Of a DNA stretch of 64,000 nucleotides, positions 17,855-26,627 are shown one piece after another (within the stretch, counting starts at the first letter, position 1; every line of letters begins with the position of its first letter). The notes beneath the pieces were generated by a model. It was not told where the DNA came from. It ran no database searches and worked only from the letters and a program-made list of their open reading frames with translations. The DNA is from Patescibacteria group bacterium (GTDB taxonomy: Bacteria > Patescibacteriota > SICC01). The translations under genes were made by a program, and so were the position numbers. The stretch is from assembly GCA_040902515.1 (NCBI GenBank), contig JBBDXB010000006.1, positions 66,219-130,218 on the forward strand, in the 5' to 3' direction.

Positions 17855-19126
17855 TCAGGTTGTCATCGCCTTCACGGCACGTCGCAATATCGATGGTAGC
17901 AGCTCCTCGGGGCCCGCGAGATCCAGCGCCAGGTTCGCGAGCGCCATCGGCGTCACGTCCTGCGGACCGGTCAGGCTCCGGGTGTGGTCCTTTACGTTCG
18001 GAATGTCCTCCGGACGGATGAAGTTGACCGTCGGTTTCTTGGCGAACGGAAGCTGTTTATACCATTTGGCGCCGTTCAGCACCTTGGAGACCTCGGGCAG
18101 TTCCGAGCCGCCGCCGCAGAGCAGGATCCGGGCCGGCAGCAGGTCGAGGTTGCCGAACTCCGAGAGCGTGAGTTGCACGCCGGACAGCCAGACGTCGGCA
18201 TCCGCGGCGACGGCCTCCTTCACGAGCTTGGTGGAAGGCTGATCGAGCAATTGGCTGGTGTAGGCCAGCTTCACCTCTTCCGCCTTCTCGAACGGCGAGT
18301 TGAGCGCCTGCGCGAGCCGGCGGGTGAACGTGCGGCCGCCGAGCGCGAACATCTTGGTGCCGACCACGCCGCCGTTGCTGACCACCGCCACGTCGGTGGT
18401 GCCGCCGCCGATGTCGATGAACACCGCCGAGAACTCGGTCTGGTCCTCGATTCCCAGGCAGCGCGCTACCGCGTACGGCTCCGCCGCGATCGAGAGCAGG
18501 TCCAGCCCGAGCTCCTCGGGAATCGCCTGGAGCGCGGTCAGGTGCACGAGCGGCGCGAACGCGTTGAAGATCCCGATCGTCACGTCCTTGCCCTGGAAGC
18601 CGACGGGGTTGGTCACGCGGTAACCGTCGATCCGGACGTCAACGATCGCCGCGTTCACCAGCTTCACGTCAATCTCCGCGTGGCCGGTCTCCCAGGCAAG
18701 CTGCTGGCGCACCTGGTCGAACGCCTTCCATTGCACCTTATGCACGATGTTCTTGAGTTCGGTGAGGTCGATCTTGGTACTCGGCTTGGCACGCTCGTAA
18801 TGGACGGTGGTGGTCGCGCCCTTCACCAGTTCGCCGGCGATGCCCATCACCACCTGTTCCGGCATCACGCCGGCCATCTGCTGCGCCCGTTCCAGTGCCT
18901 TCTCGCAATTCTCGATCACGCCGCCGATGTCGGTGACCGCGCCGCCCTGCATGTCGCCGAGCCGCTGGCGCTGCCGACCGCTACCGATCACCACTGCCTT
19001 GCCATCGACGATCTCACAGATCAGCGCTTTCACGAACTCGGTACCGATGTCGAGCGCGATAAAGTAGTTCGAGAGCGTCTGGTTCGAACCCGCGAAAACC
19101 GAACCGACCTTGTCGAGCAGGCCCAT
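17855..19126 (-). CDS. ftsA: Actin-like ATPase of the FtsA family (cell division protein FtsA-like; PilM-like not excluded)
   Basis: Phosphate-1 motif LDIGTEFVKAL and phosphate-2 FIDIGGGTTDVAVV, with a length (423 aa) typical of FtsA. Confidence 0.65.
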   Translation of the reverse strand: MGLLDKVGSVFAGSNQTLSNYFIALDIGTEFVKALICEIVDGKAVVIGSGRQRQRLGDMQGGAVTDIGGVIENCEKALERAQQMAGVMPEQVVMGIAGELVKGATTTVHYERAKPSTKIDLTELKNIVHKVQWKAFDQVRQQLAWETGHAEIDVKLVNAAIVDVRIDGYRVTNPVGFQGKDVTIGIFNAFAPLVHLTALQAIPEELGLDLLSIAAEPYAVARCLGIEDQTEFSAVFIDIGGGTTDVAVVSNGGVVGTKMFALGGRTFTRRLAQALNSPFEKAEEVKLAYTSQLLDQPSTKLVKEAVAADADVWLSGVQLTLSEFGNLDLLPARILLCGGGSELPEVSKVLNGAKWYKQLPFAKKPTVNFIRPEDIPNVKDHTRSLTGPQDVTPMALANLALDLAGPEELLPSILRRAVKAMTT

Positions 19127-19216
19127 CAGGCAGCGTGGTTATGGTGTTGATGTGTCACCCGTCCATTGTAGCGGGCGGGCGGGCTTCGGCCAGAGAAAGT
19201 CCCCAATCATTGCACG

Positions 19217-19681
19217 ATGACGTCCCCGACCATAAACTGGGTTGTCATGGACCATCCTGAACCGCACCCCACCGAAGCCCTGGAGCAGGCACTCAGCGCG
19301 CACCTGGAAGCGCTGCGGGTAGCAACTCATTGCTACGATCACGAACACGCCAAGGAAATCGCCGGGGAGCTGGCGACGTACGGTCAGCCGGACGAGTTCC
19401 GCTTGGAAGGGCTGTTCGCGCTCGGTGAACTGGCCGAGCAGGAACACGAGTTCGACGAGGCACTCGCGTTCTATGAGGAAGCACGGCAGCTGGCGGTCAG
19501 CACCGAAAGCTATGAACGTGCCGCTGACATCCAGCGATCGGTCGGCTGGCTGTACCGCAACCAGCTCGGGGACCGGGAGCGGGCCCGCGAAGCATTCATG
19601 GCACGAAATGAATACTCCCGGGCCGCGAAACGGTTCCCGCCGCGGCGATTCGGGCGGTTGGTTTCCCACGACGACGATTAA
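19217..19681 (+). CDS. Hypothetical cytoplasmic helical (TPR-like) protein
   Basis: 154 aa, Glu/Ala-rich helical repeats. It is the only + strand gene in this region. Confidence 0.4.
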   Translation: MTSPTINWVVMDHPEPHPTEALEQALSAHLEALRVATHCYDHEHAKEIAGELATYGQPDEFRLEGLFALGELAEQEHEFDEALAFYEEARQLAVSTESYERAADIQRSVGWLYRNQLGDRERAREAFMARNEYSRAAKRFPPRRFGRLVSHDDD

Positions 19682-19743
19682 TCGCGGGCAAAAGAAAAAC
19701 CGCCCCGGCATCTGGTGTGATGTCGGGACGGGTGCCCGTGCGG

Positions 19744-20208
19744 TCATGTATCGGCAGGTCGGGAGTTCGCAACGGCGCGCTTGATGATGCCGCGATGCGC
19801 CGCCACTTTCCGATCCGAAAAGGACTCGTTGACGCGACGGACCGCTGCGGCCAGGATCAGCAGATGCTCCTTCTGCACGGAGACCTCCTCCGGCCGTACG
19901 ACCTCCAGGGCCAGGTAGAGAGCAGGGCGGCTGTGGAGGAAGTCTTTCTTGTCGTCGAACAGGCGCTTCATCAGCGCGTATCGGACGTACTGGACGCGGG
20001 CCTCGTGGAGTACCTCGGGCGTCAATCCGAGCGCACCCGGCGTGACGCCGTGTGCCAGCGCATTGTCGATACCGATGATCGCGTGCTCGTCCCGGTCGAC
20101 GATGCGTTTGGCCCAGCGAAGCTCCTTCTGATTCGGCTTCATCGGGGCAACTGTTGCCATGGCTTTCCTTTCGTCGGGTGAAAGTGCGGTATCCCATGCG
20201 TCATGCAT
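19744..20208 (-). CDS. Hypothetical protein
   Basis: A 154-aa ORF between ftsA and alaS on the same strand, with no motif recognised. Confidence 0.4.
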   Translation of the reverse strand: MHDAWDTALSPDERKAMATVAPMKPNQKELRWAKRIVDRDEHAIIGIDNALAHGVTPGALGLTPEVLHEARVQYVRYALMKRLFDDKKDFLHSRPALYLALEVVRPEEVSVQKEHLLILAAAVRRVNESFSDRKVAAHRGIIKRAVANSRPADT

Positions 20209-20251
20209 CGCGCATAAGACACCTCAGCATAGACGAGGCCGTGCGGCTTGC

Positions 20252-22072
20252 CTACTCGACGATCGCTTTGATCCGCCGCACGCCGGCGCCGACGGACTCC
20301 TGTTTCTTGATCCTGAACGTGCCGATCTGACCGGTGTGTTCCACGTGCGGTCCGCCGCAGAATTCCATGGACCGGACGCTGTCCGGATCGCCGATGACGT
20401 AGACGGAGACGATGTCCGGGTACTTGTGCCCGAATTCCATCTGCGCGCCGAGCCGCTCCGCTTCCTCACGCGGCATCTCCTTGCGGGTAACCGGCAGGTC
20501 CTCGCGGATCCACTCGTTCACCAGCGCCTCGACTTGGTTGAGTTCCTCCTCCGCAAGCTTCTCGGGATGCGCGAAGTCGAAGCGGAGCCGCTCCGCGGTG
20601 ATGTTGCTGCCGCGCTGCTTCACCTGGTCACCCAGTACGTCACGGAGCGCCGCCAGCAGCAGGTGCGTGGCGGTGTGTTGCCGGACGACCTTCTCGGAGT
20701 GGTCGGCGAGGCCGCCGGCGAACTTCTGCTTGGCGCCGGCACGGGACTTTTGCTGGTGGGCTTTTTGAGCTTTGTAAAATTCTCCTTCAACCCTTCTGTG
20801 ATTTACGGTAATGCTACGGCGTCGTAGTTCTTCGATACTAACTTCCAGTGGAAATCCATACGTCTGAAATAAATCGAAAAGAATTGCGCCACTCGTAAAG
20901 ACTGGCAGTGTTTGGGGCGTAAACTTTTCACGAAATTCCCGTTCAAATTCATCAAATTTTCGCAGTCCTTTGGTCAGAGACTTATGGAACTTCTCTTCTT
21001 CCTTGAGTAGCTCATCCCGGATCGTCTTCGCCTCGCGCTCAAGCTCCGGGTACGCATCCTTGAACTTTGCTACGACGACCTCCGCGACCGATTCACTGAA
21101 CGGATACTCGATCTTCAGGAGTCGTGCCTGCCGCACCGCCCGGCGGACCAACCGCCGCAGGATGTAGCCGCGGTCCGTGTTCGATGGTCGCACGCCGTCC
21201 GCGATCATGAACGTCTCGGCTTTCAGATGGTCCGCGATGATCCGTTCCGCCCGGACCAGCTCCGGGTTGTCCTCGTGCCGCTCCTTCACGTTCGCGAGTT
21301 TCCGGATCCGCTCGATGATCGGCGCGAACAGGTCGGTCTCGTACACGTTCCGCTTCTGCTGCAATACCACTGCCAGCCGCTCGAGTCCCATCCCAGTGTC
21401 CACGTTCTTCTGCGCCAACGGTTCGAACGCGCCGTCCGCCGTCTTCTCGTACTGCATGAAGACGTTGTTCCAGACCTCCAGCCAGCGATCGTCCTCGGCG
21501 GGCTCGGATTCGGGAGCGCCCTTACCGATCCAGTAGAATATCTCGGTGTCAGGGCCGCACGGGCCGGTCTCACCGGCCGGTCCCCACCAGTTGTCTTCCT
21601 TGCCGTAGAAGAAGATCCGATCCTTCGGCACGCCCTGCGTTTCCCAGAGCTTCGCGGCTTCTTCGTCCTTCGGGACGCCAGGTGTGGCTTTATCGCCCGC
21701 AAAACACGAAACGGCGATTTTATCTTTCTCAAGCCTGAGATTCTCCGTCAGCAGCTCCCAGCTCCAGGCGATCGCCTCTTCCTTGAAGTAGTCACCGAGC
21801 GACCAGTTGCCGAGCATCTCGAAGAACGTGAGGTGCGATTCGTCGCCGACCTCGTCGATGTCCACGGTGCGGATGCACTTCTGCGCGTCCGCCAGGCGCT
21901 TGCCGGCCGGATGCGGCTCGCCGAGCAGGTACGGCACCAGCGGGTGCATGCCGGCGGTCGTGAAGAGGACCGTCGGATCGTGCTGCGGTACCACCGGCGC
22001 GCTCGGGATGATCGCGTGCCCGCGTTCCTCGAAGAACTGCAGGAACGTGTTCCGAATGTCGGAGGCTTTCAT
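20252..22072 (-). CDS. alaS: Alanyl-tRNA synthetase, short form (606 aa) ending right after the editing domain, so it lacks the C-Ala domain
   Basis: N-terminal class II catalytic core (FTTAGM, LGNWSLGDYFK), editing-domain HxxxH/CGG motifs (HTATHLL; CGGPHVEHTGQIGTFRI...GVRRIKAIVE at the very C-terminus). Confidence 0.85.
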   Translation of the reverse strand: MKASDIRNTFLQFFEERGHAIIPSAPVVPQHDPTVLFTTAGMHPLVPYLLGEPHPAGKRLADAQKCIRTVDIDEVGDESHLTFFEMLGNWSLGDYFKEEAIAWSWELLTENLRLEKDKIAVSCFAGDKATPGVPKDEEAAKLWETQGVPKDRIFFYGKEDNWWGPAGETGPCGPDTEIFYWIGKGAPESEPAEDDRWLEVWNNVFMQYEKTADGAFEPLAQKNVDTGMGLERLAVVLQQKRNVYETDLFAPIIERIRKLANVKERHEDNPELVRAERIIADHLKAETFMIADGVRPSNTDRGYILRRLVRRAVRQARLLKIEYPFSESVAEVVVAKFKDAYPELEREAKTIRDELLKEEEKFHKSLTKGLRKFDEFEREFREKFTPQTLPVFTSGAILFDLFQTYGFPLEVSIEELRRRSITVNHRRVEGEFYKAQKAHQQKSRAGAKQKFAGGLADHSEKVVRQHTATHLLLAALRDVLGDQVKQRGSNITAERLRFDFAHPEKLAEEELNQVEALVNEWIREDLPVTRKEMPREEAERLGAQMEFGHKYPDIVSVYVIGDPDSVRSMEFCGGPHVEHTGQIGTFRIKKQESVGAGVRRIKAIVE

Positions 22073-22123
22073 ACTCTCTAGCTTACGTTCGTTGTTTGCG
22101 TGAAGCGAGAATAAGTCAGCACA

Positions 22124-23860
22124 TCAAAACTGCGTCAAGTCAATCAAATACTCTTTCGATCCGGGCATGGGTTTGTAATGCGGCGGTTCCAACGGACACA
22201 TTAACTCAAAAGCCGGTAAAAGCGGCCAGCAACTTTCCAGCACGGGCACCACCCCATTCATCCGTCGCTGTACCGCATGCTCATAGAAGCCATTGCGATC
22301 GAGGAACCGGTGCTTCAGCGGCTTCGCAAGCACCAGATCGCGAAATCCTCCCGACACCATCGATAACCCTGTTGCGTGCGACGCCATAAACGCTGACAAC
22401 ATCACGGGAGTGCTGGGCGAAACCTGCCGAATCGCTTTCGTCAGCAACTTGAGGATAGCGCTGCTCGTATAACGCGGGGCTAAACCGAAAGTGTAGAGCC
22501 GTGTGGATTCAACCGCGTTGTCGATAGGGAATCCCTGATAGAGCAAGGCATCCTCTTTGTATTCCCGATTTACTCTGGCAGCCGAGATTACGGAAAAAGG
22601 CAGGCTCGCTCCCTTTGCAAACAGACCGAAAGCCCAATCGGCTCGAGGAGAGTGGATGTAATGCAATGAGGCATGTATAACCCTTGCCAGCTCTATCGGT
22701 ACGGGCCTGAATTCGAGTGGAACGAAGCCGCCCCGCTGCTCAGCGGCTCCCAGTTCTCCACCTACCCGGTGAATATGCCAGGTACCTTCAGTAAAATTCC
22801 TGTACTCCCCTTCAATTTCCGACACGAGAGAACTGACGACTTTCAGGCGTTGCTCAACCAAAGCCAGCTGTTCTTCGGCAATGTTCTTAAGCACTTCGGG
22901 CTTCAGCCGATGCTGCGCGATTTTCTCAGCGGACAGCCGCGTGATATTTGACCAATCATTGAAAGCGCCTGCATCGGTAAGATACTCGGCGAGCACGGCA
23001 CCATCGGACACGGCTTTTTCAAACGGAATCGTCGTAAGCCGAAAGGCGATTTGATACTTAAGATCCGTCCTGTCGGCATGTTTCGGCAGCTTCAAATTCC
23101 GCACATAGGAGCTGATTTGTCCCTGCGCCCACCGCATGAGCGGGTCAGTCGGCCAATTCTTGACGGTAGGTTTGGGAGTCAGCTTCGTTCTTCCCTCGAG
23201 GATCGATTTGCGTAAGTTCGTACGACGACTATGGGAACGCTCGGCTTGGGCCATGGCCAAGACCAGACGTGAGAAAAAAGTGTCCAATGGGTACAGGGGA
23301 ATTCGCCAATCCGATCGTTCGCAACATGACCCGGCGGAACCCTTGGGGCAGATATGTATACGATGCCAGCCAGGAGGAAAGTCGGTGGCCTGATTAGCCA
23401 GTAACGCGATGCCTTGGTTGGTGGGTAACCGCCCCAGTGCTCGAGTTACCAACGAATATGCTTTTGCATAGTGCTCGGAGAGGTCCGGGTACTCCATGGC
23501 TTGTCTTTTCAGAGCACCCGCCGTGACTTGTAACGCCTCTTCTTCCGTAAGAAGACAATCATCCGTACGCAGTTGTTTCATCGCACGCCGCGATGCCTGG
23601 CGAGAAGCACCCTCTGTAAGGCCAAACTCCCGGAAGCGCTTCGCCATACTAGGCACCAAAGCATTAAGCCAGATAAGACGATACCCTGTCCTCGGAAAAA
23701 CCTTGGAAAGCAGTCGTGCCGCATTATGCTGTTCGGCTCGTTCACAGACCAGGATAAGGTTTGCCCGGCGAACCAAAGTGCCGGTTGGTGGAGCCGTCCC
23801 GGACGTCGTCAGGTCGGTTTCCATTGGCCGCTTAACCATCGGACCGCCTTCCGGTCTCAA
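22124..23860 (-). CDS. Large orphan protein (578 aa), no recognisable domain; third gene of the low-GC island
   Basis: A long ORF with normal amino-acid composition and lower-GC codon usage than its neighbours. It overlaps the upstream Ham1-like gene by about 29 nt. It contains the Cys cluster HICPKGSAGSCCERSDW. Confidence 0.55.
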   Translation of the reverse strand: MRPEGGPMVKRPMETDLTTSGTAPPTGTLVRRANLILVCERAEQHNAARLLSKVFPRTGYRLIWLNALVPSMAKRFREFGLTEGASRQASRRAMKQLRTDDCLLTEEEALQVTAGALKRQAMEYPDLSEHYAKAYSLVTRALGRLPTNQGIALLANQATDFPPGWHRIHICPKGSAGSCCERSDWRIPLYPLDTFFSRLVLAMAQAERSHSRRTNLRKSILEGRTKLTPKPTVKNWPTDPLMRWAQGQISSYVRNLKLPKHADRTDLKYQIAFRLTTIPFEKAVSDGAVLAEYLTDAGAFNDWSNITRLSAEKIAQHRLKPEVLKNIAEEQLALVEQRLKVVSSLVSEIEGEYRNFTEGTWHIHRVGGELGAAEQRGGFVPLEFRPVPIELARVIHASLHYIHSPRADWAFGLFAKGASLPFSVISAARVNREYKEDALLYQGFPIDNAVESTRLYTFGLAPRYTSSAILKLLTKAIRQVSPSTPVMLSAFMASHATGLSMVSGGFRDLVLAKPLKHRFLDRNGFYEHAVQRRMNGVVPVLESCWPLLPAFELMCPLEPPHYKPMPGSKEYLIDLTQF

Positions 23861-24494
23861 AGAACGTACGAATCGCTTTCTCTAGGCGGTCCCAGGAAAC
23901 TTCCCCTTTGGCCAGCTCGCTTGGCGATAAGTCGAAGAAGTTCTTGCCGAATTGCGGGTAATACCAGAGACTGCAAAGCCAGATTCCCGGCCTGTACTTA
24001 CGACGATCGTAGGATTCCTGCATGATCCCTTTGGAACCATCGACCTCCAGTGAAAAGATCCGCTTCCCTTTGTGGGCGATGGCGGCTGCTTCCCGCCAAA
24101 TCATTTTCCGTTCATCGCCGCGCTTGTCCTTCATAAGCTCAAGGATCGCGTCGAGCCGTTCGAAATCCGTGGCGTTCTCTCGGTTGATGAAACGCCTGGT
24201 GAAAAGTTTATTCCATCTACTGCCCAGAGCAGGAATGTCAATTCCGCCGTCTGTAGCAATGGCATATCCGTCGTACCGCTTGGAAAAAGTAACCGCTTTA
24301 TCCGTCGCGATACTTTCGAAACTTTGTCCTTCTTCATTCAACTCAGCAGAGATGGACGTGTCTTCCAGTCTTACCGGCTCGAAGTATCCGCTGACAATCC
24401 GTGAGAGTTTTTGGATTTTGTGCGGATTGGTCGTGCCTAATAAGATGGTTCTGGTCACAGTCGTACCGCTACATTTTCTTCTAGTAATCGCCAA
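23832..24494 (-). CDS. Ham1/ITPase-family non-canonical purine NTP pyrophosphatase (RdgB-like). The true start is probably internal (around VTRTILLGTT).
   Basis: Motifs GTTNPHKIQ (compare TGNxGKLRE), ATDGGIDIPALG (compare ADDSGL.VDALxGxPG), and a C-terminal W..YYPQFGKNFFDLSPSELAKGEVSWDR (compare GFGYDPIF...EEKN..SHR). Confidence 0.7.
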   Translation of the reverse strand: MAITRRKCSGTTVTRTILLGTTNPHKIQKLSRIVSGYFEPVRLEDTSISAELNEEGQSFESIATDKAVTFSKRYDGYAIATDGGIDIPALGSRWNKLFTRRFINRENATDFERLDAILELMKDKRGDERKMIWREAAAIAHKGKRIFSLEVDGSKGIMQESYDRRKYRPGIWLCSLWYYPQFGKNFFDLSPSELAKGEVSWDRLEKAIRTFFETGRRSDG

Positions 24495-25054
24495 TTCCGG
24501 CTAAATGTCTCCGGGGTATTGTTGATGCGAACGAAACGCGCGCCAACATACTCTGCTAGATACGCTGTGGCAGCCCTTGCGATATCCTGGTGAAGGCCGA
24601 TTGTGGTTGAATCTTCCGGATCACGGTCGCGCGTGGTGTCGCACGCACGCCAGTCAGCAATTTGTTCAGGATCAGCTTCAATGAACGCATAAACGTTCGC
24701 GCTAATCTGCTGTTCAATTTTTGGGTTGATTACCAGTGATTCACCTTGCCTGTACAGTACATGAGTATTTAGCACGGCTGGACCCCTGCTTCGGATGTCA
24801 CAAGCCAGCTCTTCGATGATTCGGTAGAGCTCGCTTTGGGGAATCTCCTGAGAGATTCGATCACGGTCAGAAAGTGATGGCCTAAGCGCCTGGGCTCGTT
24901 CGAACAGCTCTTGGCCGAAATTAACTACCTCTACCGAAAGTTTACTCTGGTCTCGAAAAGCCTCGATCAAGTAATCTTTCCCTGATCCAGACACACCTGT
25001 CACAACCATAAGAGGATTGCGTTCGTCGGGATTTGATGGGTTCTCAGGAGTCAT
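24455..25054 (-). CDS. Archaeal-type adenylate kinase (AdkA-like NMP kinase)
   Basis: P-loop VTGVSGSGKD and strong similarity along its length to archaeal AdkA (VLNTH..., FIEADPEQIADWRACDTTRDRDPEDSTTIGLHQDIARAATAYLAEYVGARFVRINN versus the archaeal [22 protein letters not shown]...). Low GC. Confidence 0.7.
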   Translation of the reverse strand: MTPENPSNPDERNPLMVVTGVSGSGKDYLIEAFRDQSKLSVEVVNFGQELFERAQALRPSLSDRDRISQEIPQSELYRIIEELACDIRSRGPAVLNTHVLYRQGESLVINPKIEQQISANVYAFIEADPEQIADWRACDTTRDRDPEDSTTIGLHQDIARAATAYLAEYVGARFVRINNTPETFSRNWRLLEENVAVRL

Positions 25055-25118
25055 GAAAACTAACGATAGTGGCCGTTAGTTATACAACCATGCTTACCAC
25101 AAGTCAACGATAAGCTGG

Positions 25119-25451
25119 CTACTCGTCCTTGCGCAGAATCCGCCGCTTCTCCTTGGCGGCTTCTCTCTTACCCTCACCGGCGGCGTCCTTGATGTCTACG
25201 ATCACGCCGTCCGCGGCTTTCCGGACCTGCGCGACGATCTCGTCCACCGACCGGCCCTGCCTCAACTGTTCGAATTTCTGCTTGGCCTGCTTGCGGGTCT
25301 TCTCGCCCTTATCCGGCGCCAGGAACGCCGCGGCCGCAGCGCCAAGCGCCGCACCGACCGCAAAGCCCGAACCGCCTCCGCCCGACCGCTGGTGCGGACA
25401 GTCCTTGCAGTTGCATTCGTGTCTATGACTCATCGCCCCCAGTATACGCAA
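25119..25451 (-). CDS. Small YtxH/DUF948-like protein (Cys/His-containing N-terminus, Ala/Gly hydrophobic segment, Lys/Glu-rich helix)
   Basis: 110-aa ORF whose pattern (CNCKDCPH, GAALGAAAAAFLAP, charged C-terminal helix) is typical of general-stress YtxH-like proteins. Confidence 0.45.
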   Translation of the reverse strand: MRILGAMSHRHECNCKDCPHQRSGGGGSGFAVGAALGAAAAAFLAPDKGEKTRKQAKQKFEQLRQGRSVDEIVAQVRKAADGVIVDIKDAAGEGKREAAKEKRRILRKDE

Positions 25452-25550
25452 ACGCCTGTCGCTGGTGAAACGCTATTACTGATGAGCGAGGTGCATCCCA
25501 ACGGTTGGAGCACTGAGCGTAGCGTTGAGCCGGTGACAGACGTTTGCGTG

Positions 25551-26618
25551 CTACCTGATGACCGCACTGCCGATCAGTTCATCACCGTCATACAGCACCG
25601 CGAACTGGCCCGGCGTGGGCCCGCGCTGCTCCTCGTCGAACTCGATCGTCAGGCCGGTCATCGACCGGCGGACCGTCGCGGGCGCGGGCTGCATCCGGTA
25701 GCGGATGCTCACCTCGCAGCGCCACTCGCCGCCCGCCAGCTCCGCCGGCTCCTCGCCGATCGCCCAGTGTGGCTGCTCCGTCGCCAGCTTATGCTTGTAG
25801 AGGTCGCGCTCGTGCCCCACGGTAACGGTGTTCGTCTCCACGTCCGTCTGTAGCACGTACATCGGCACCTGCTTCACCACACCCACGCCACGGCGCTGCC
25901 CGACCGTATAGAACGCCGCGCCCTGGTGCCGGCCGACCACCTCACCGTCCGGCGTCTGCACGTCGCCCGGCTTCGGCGGGATCTTCTGCTGCAGGAACTC
26001 CTTCATCTCGATCTGCCCGACGAAGCAGAGCCCCTGGCTGTCCGGTTTGTCCGCCACATGCAGGCCGAGCTTTACCGCCTTGCGGCGCACCTCATGCTTC
26101 TTCCAGTCACCGAGCGGGAATTCCGCGTGCCAGAGTTGCTCCTGCGAAAGCTGCGAGAGGAAATACGACTGGTCCTTTTCCGGATCCATGCCCTTCCGGA
26201 GGTGCGTATGGTCCTCGCACCGTTCCACGCGGGCATAGTGGCCGGTCGCCACGGCTTCGAAGCCGTGCTCCTTGGCCCAGGCCAGCAGCATCCCGAACTT
26301 GATCTCACGGTTACAGAGCACGTCCGGGTTCGGCGTCCGGCCCGCCGCGTATTCCGAAAAGAAGTAGTCGAGCACCGACTTCTTGTACCCTTCCTCGAAA
26401 CTCACCGTCTTGAACGGGATGCCGAGATCCTTGGCCACGCGCAGTGCATCGCGCCGATCCTTCGGCCACTGCGCACAGCCTTTCTGGAACCGGCCGTCCG
26501 TCCAGTTTTCCATATAGACGCCGGTCACGTCGTGCCCCTGTTCCTTGAGCAAGGCGGCCGCCACGGAGGAGTCCACTCCGCCGCTCATCCCGACGACGAT
26601 CTTCTGGGGCTTTTCCAT
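25551..26618 (-). CDS. mnmA: tRNA-specific 2-thiouridylase MnmA
   Basis: PP-loop VVGMSGGVDSSVAA, 355 aa, and the conserved MnmA C-terminal region. Confidence 0.9.
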   Translation of the reverse strand: MEKPQKIVVGMSGGVDSSVAAALLKEQGHDVTGVYMENWTDGRFQKGCAQWPKDRRDALRVAKDLGIPFKTVSFEEGYKKSVLDYFFSEYAAGRTPNPDVLCNREIKFGMLLAWAKEHGFEAVATGHYARVERCEDHTHLRKGMDPEKDQSYFLSQLSQEQLWHAEFPLGDWKKHEVRRKAVKLGLHVADKPDSQGLCFVGQIEMKEFLQQKIPPKPGDVQTPDGEVVGRHQGAAFYTVGQRRGVGVVKQVPMYVLQTDVETNTVTVGHERDLYKHKLATEQPHWAIGEEPAELAGGEWRCEVSIRYRMQPAPATVRRSMTGLTIEFDEEQRGPTPGQFAVLYDGDELIGSAVIR

Positions 26619-26627
26619 GTCTTTATT

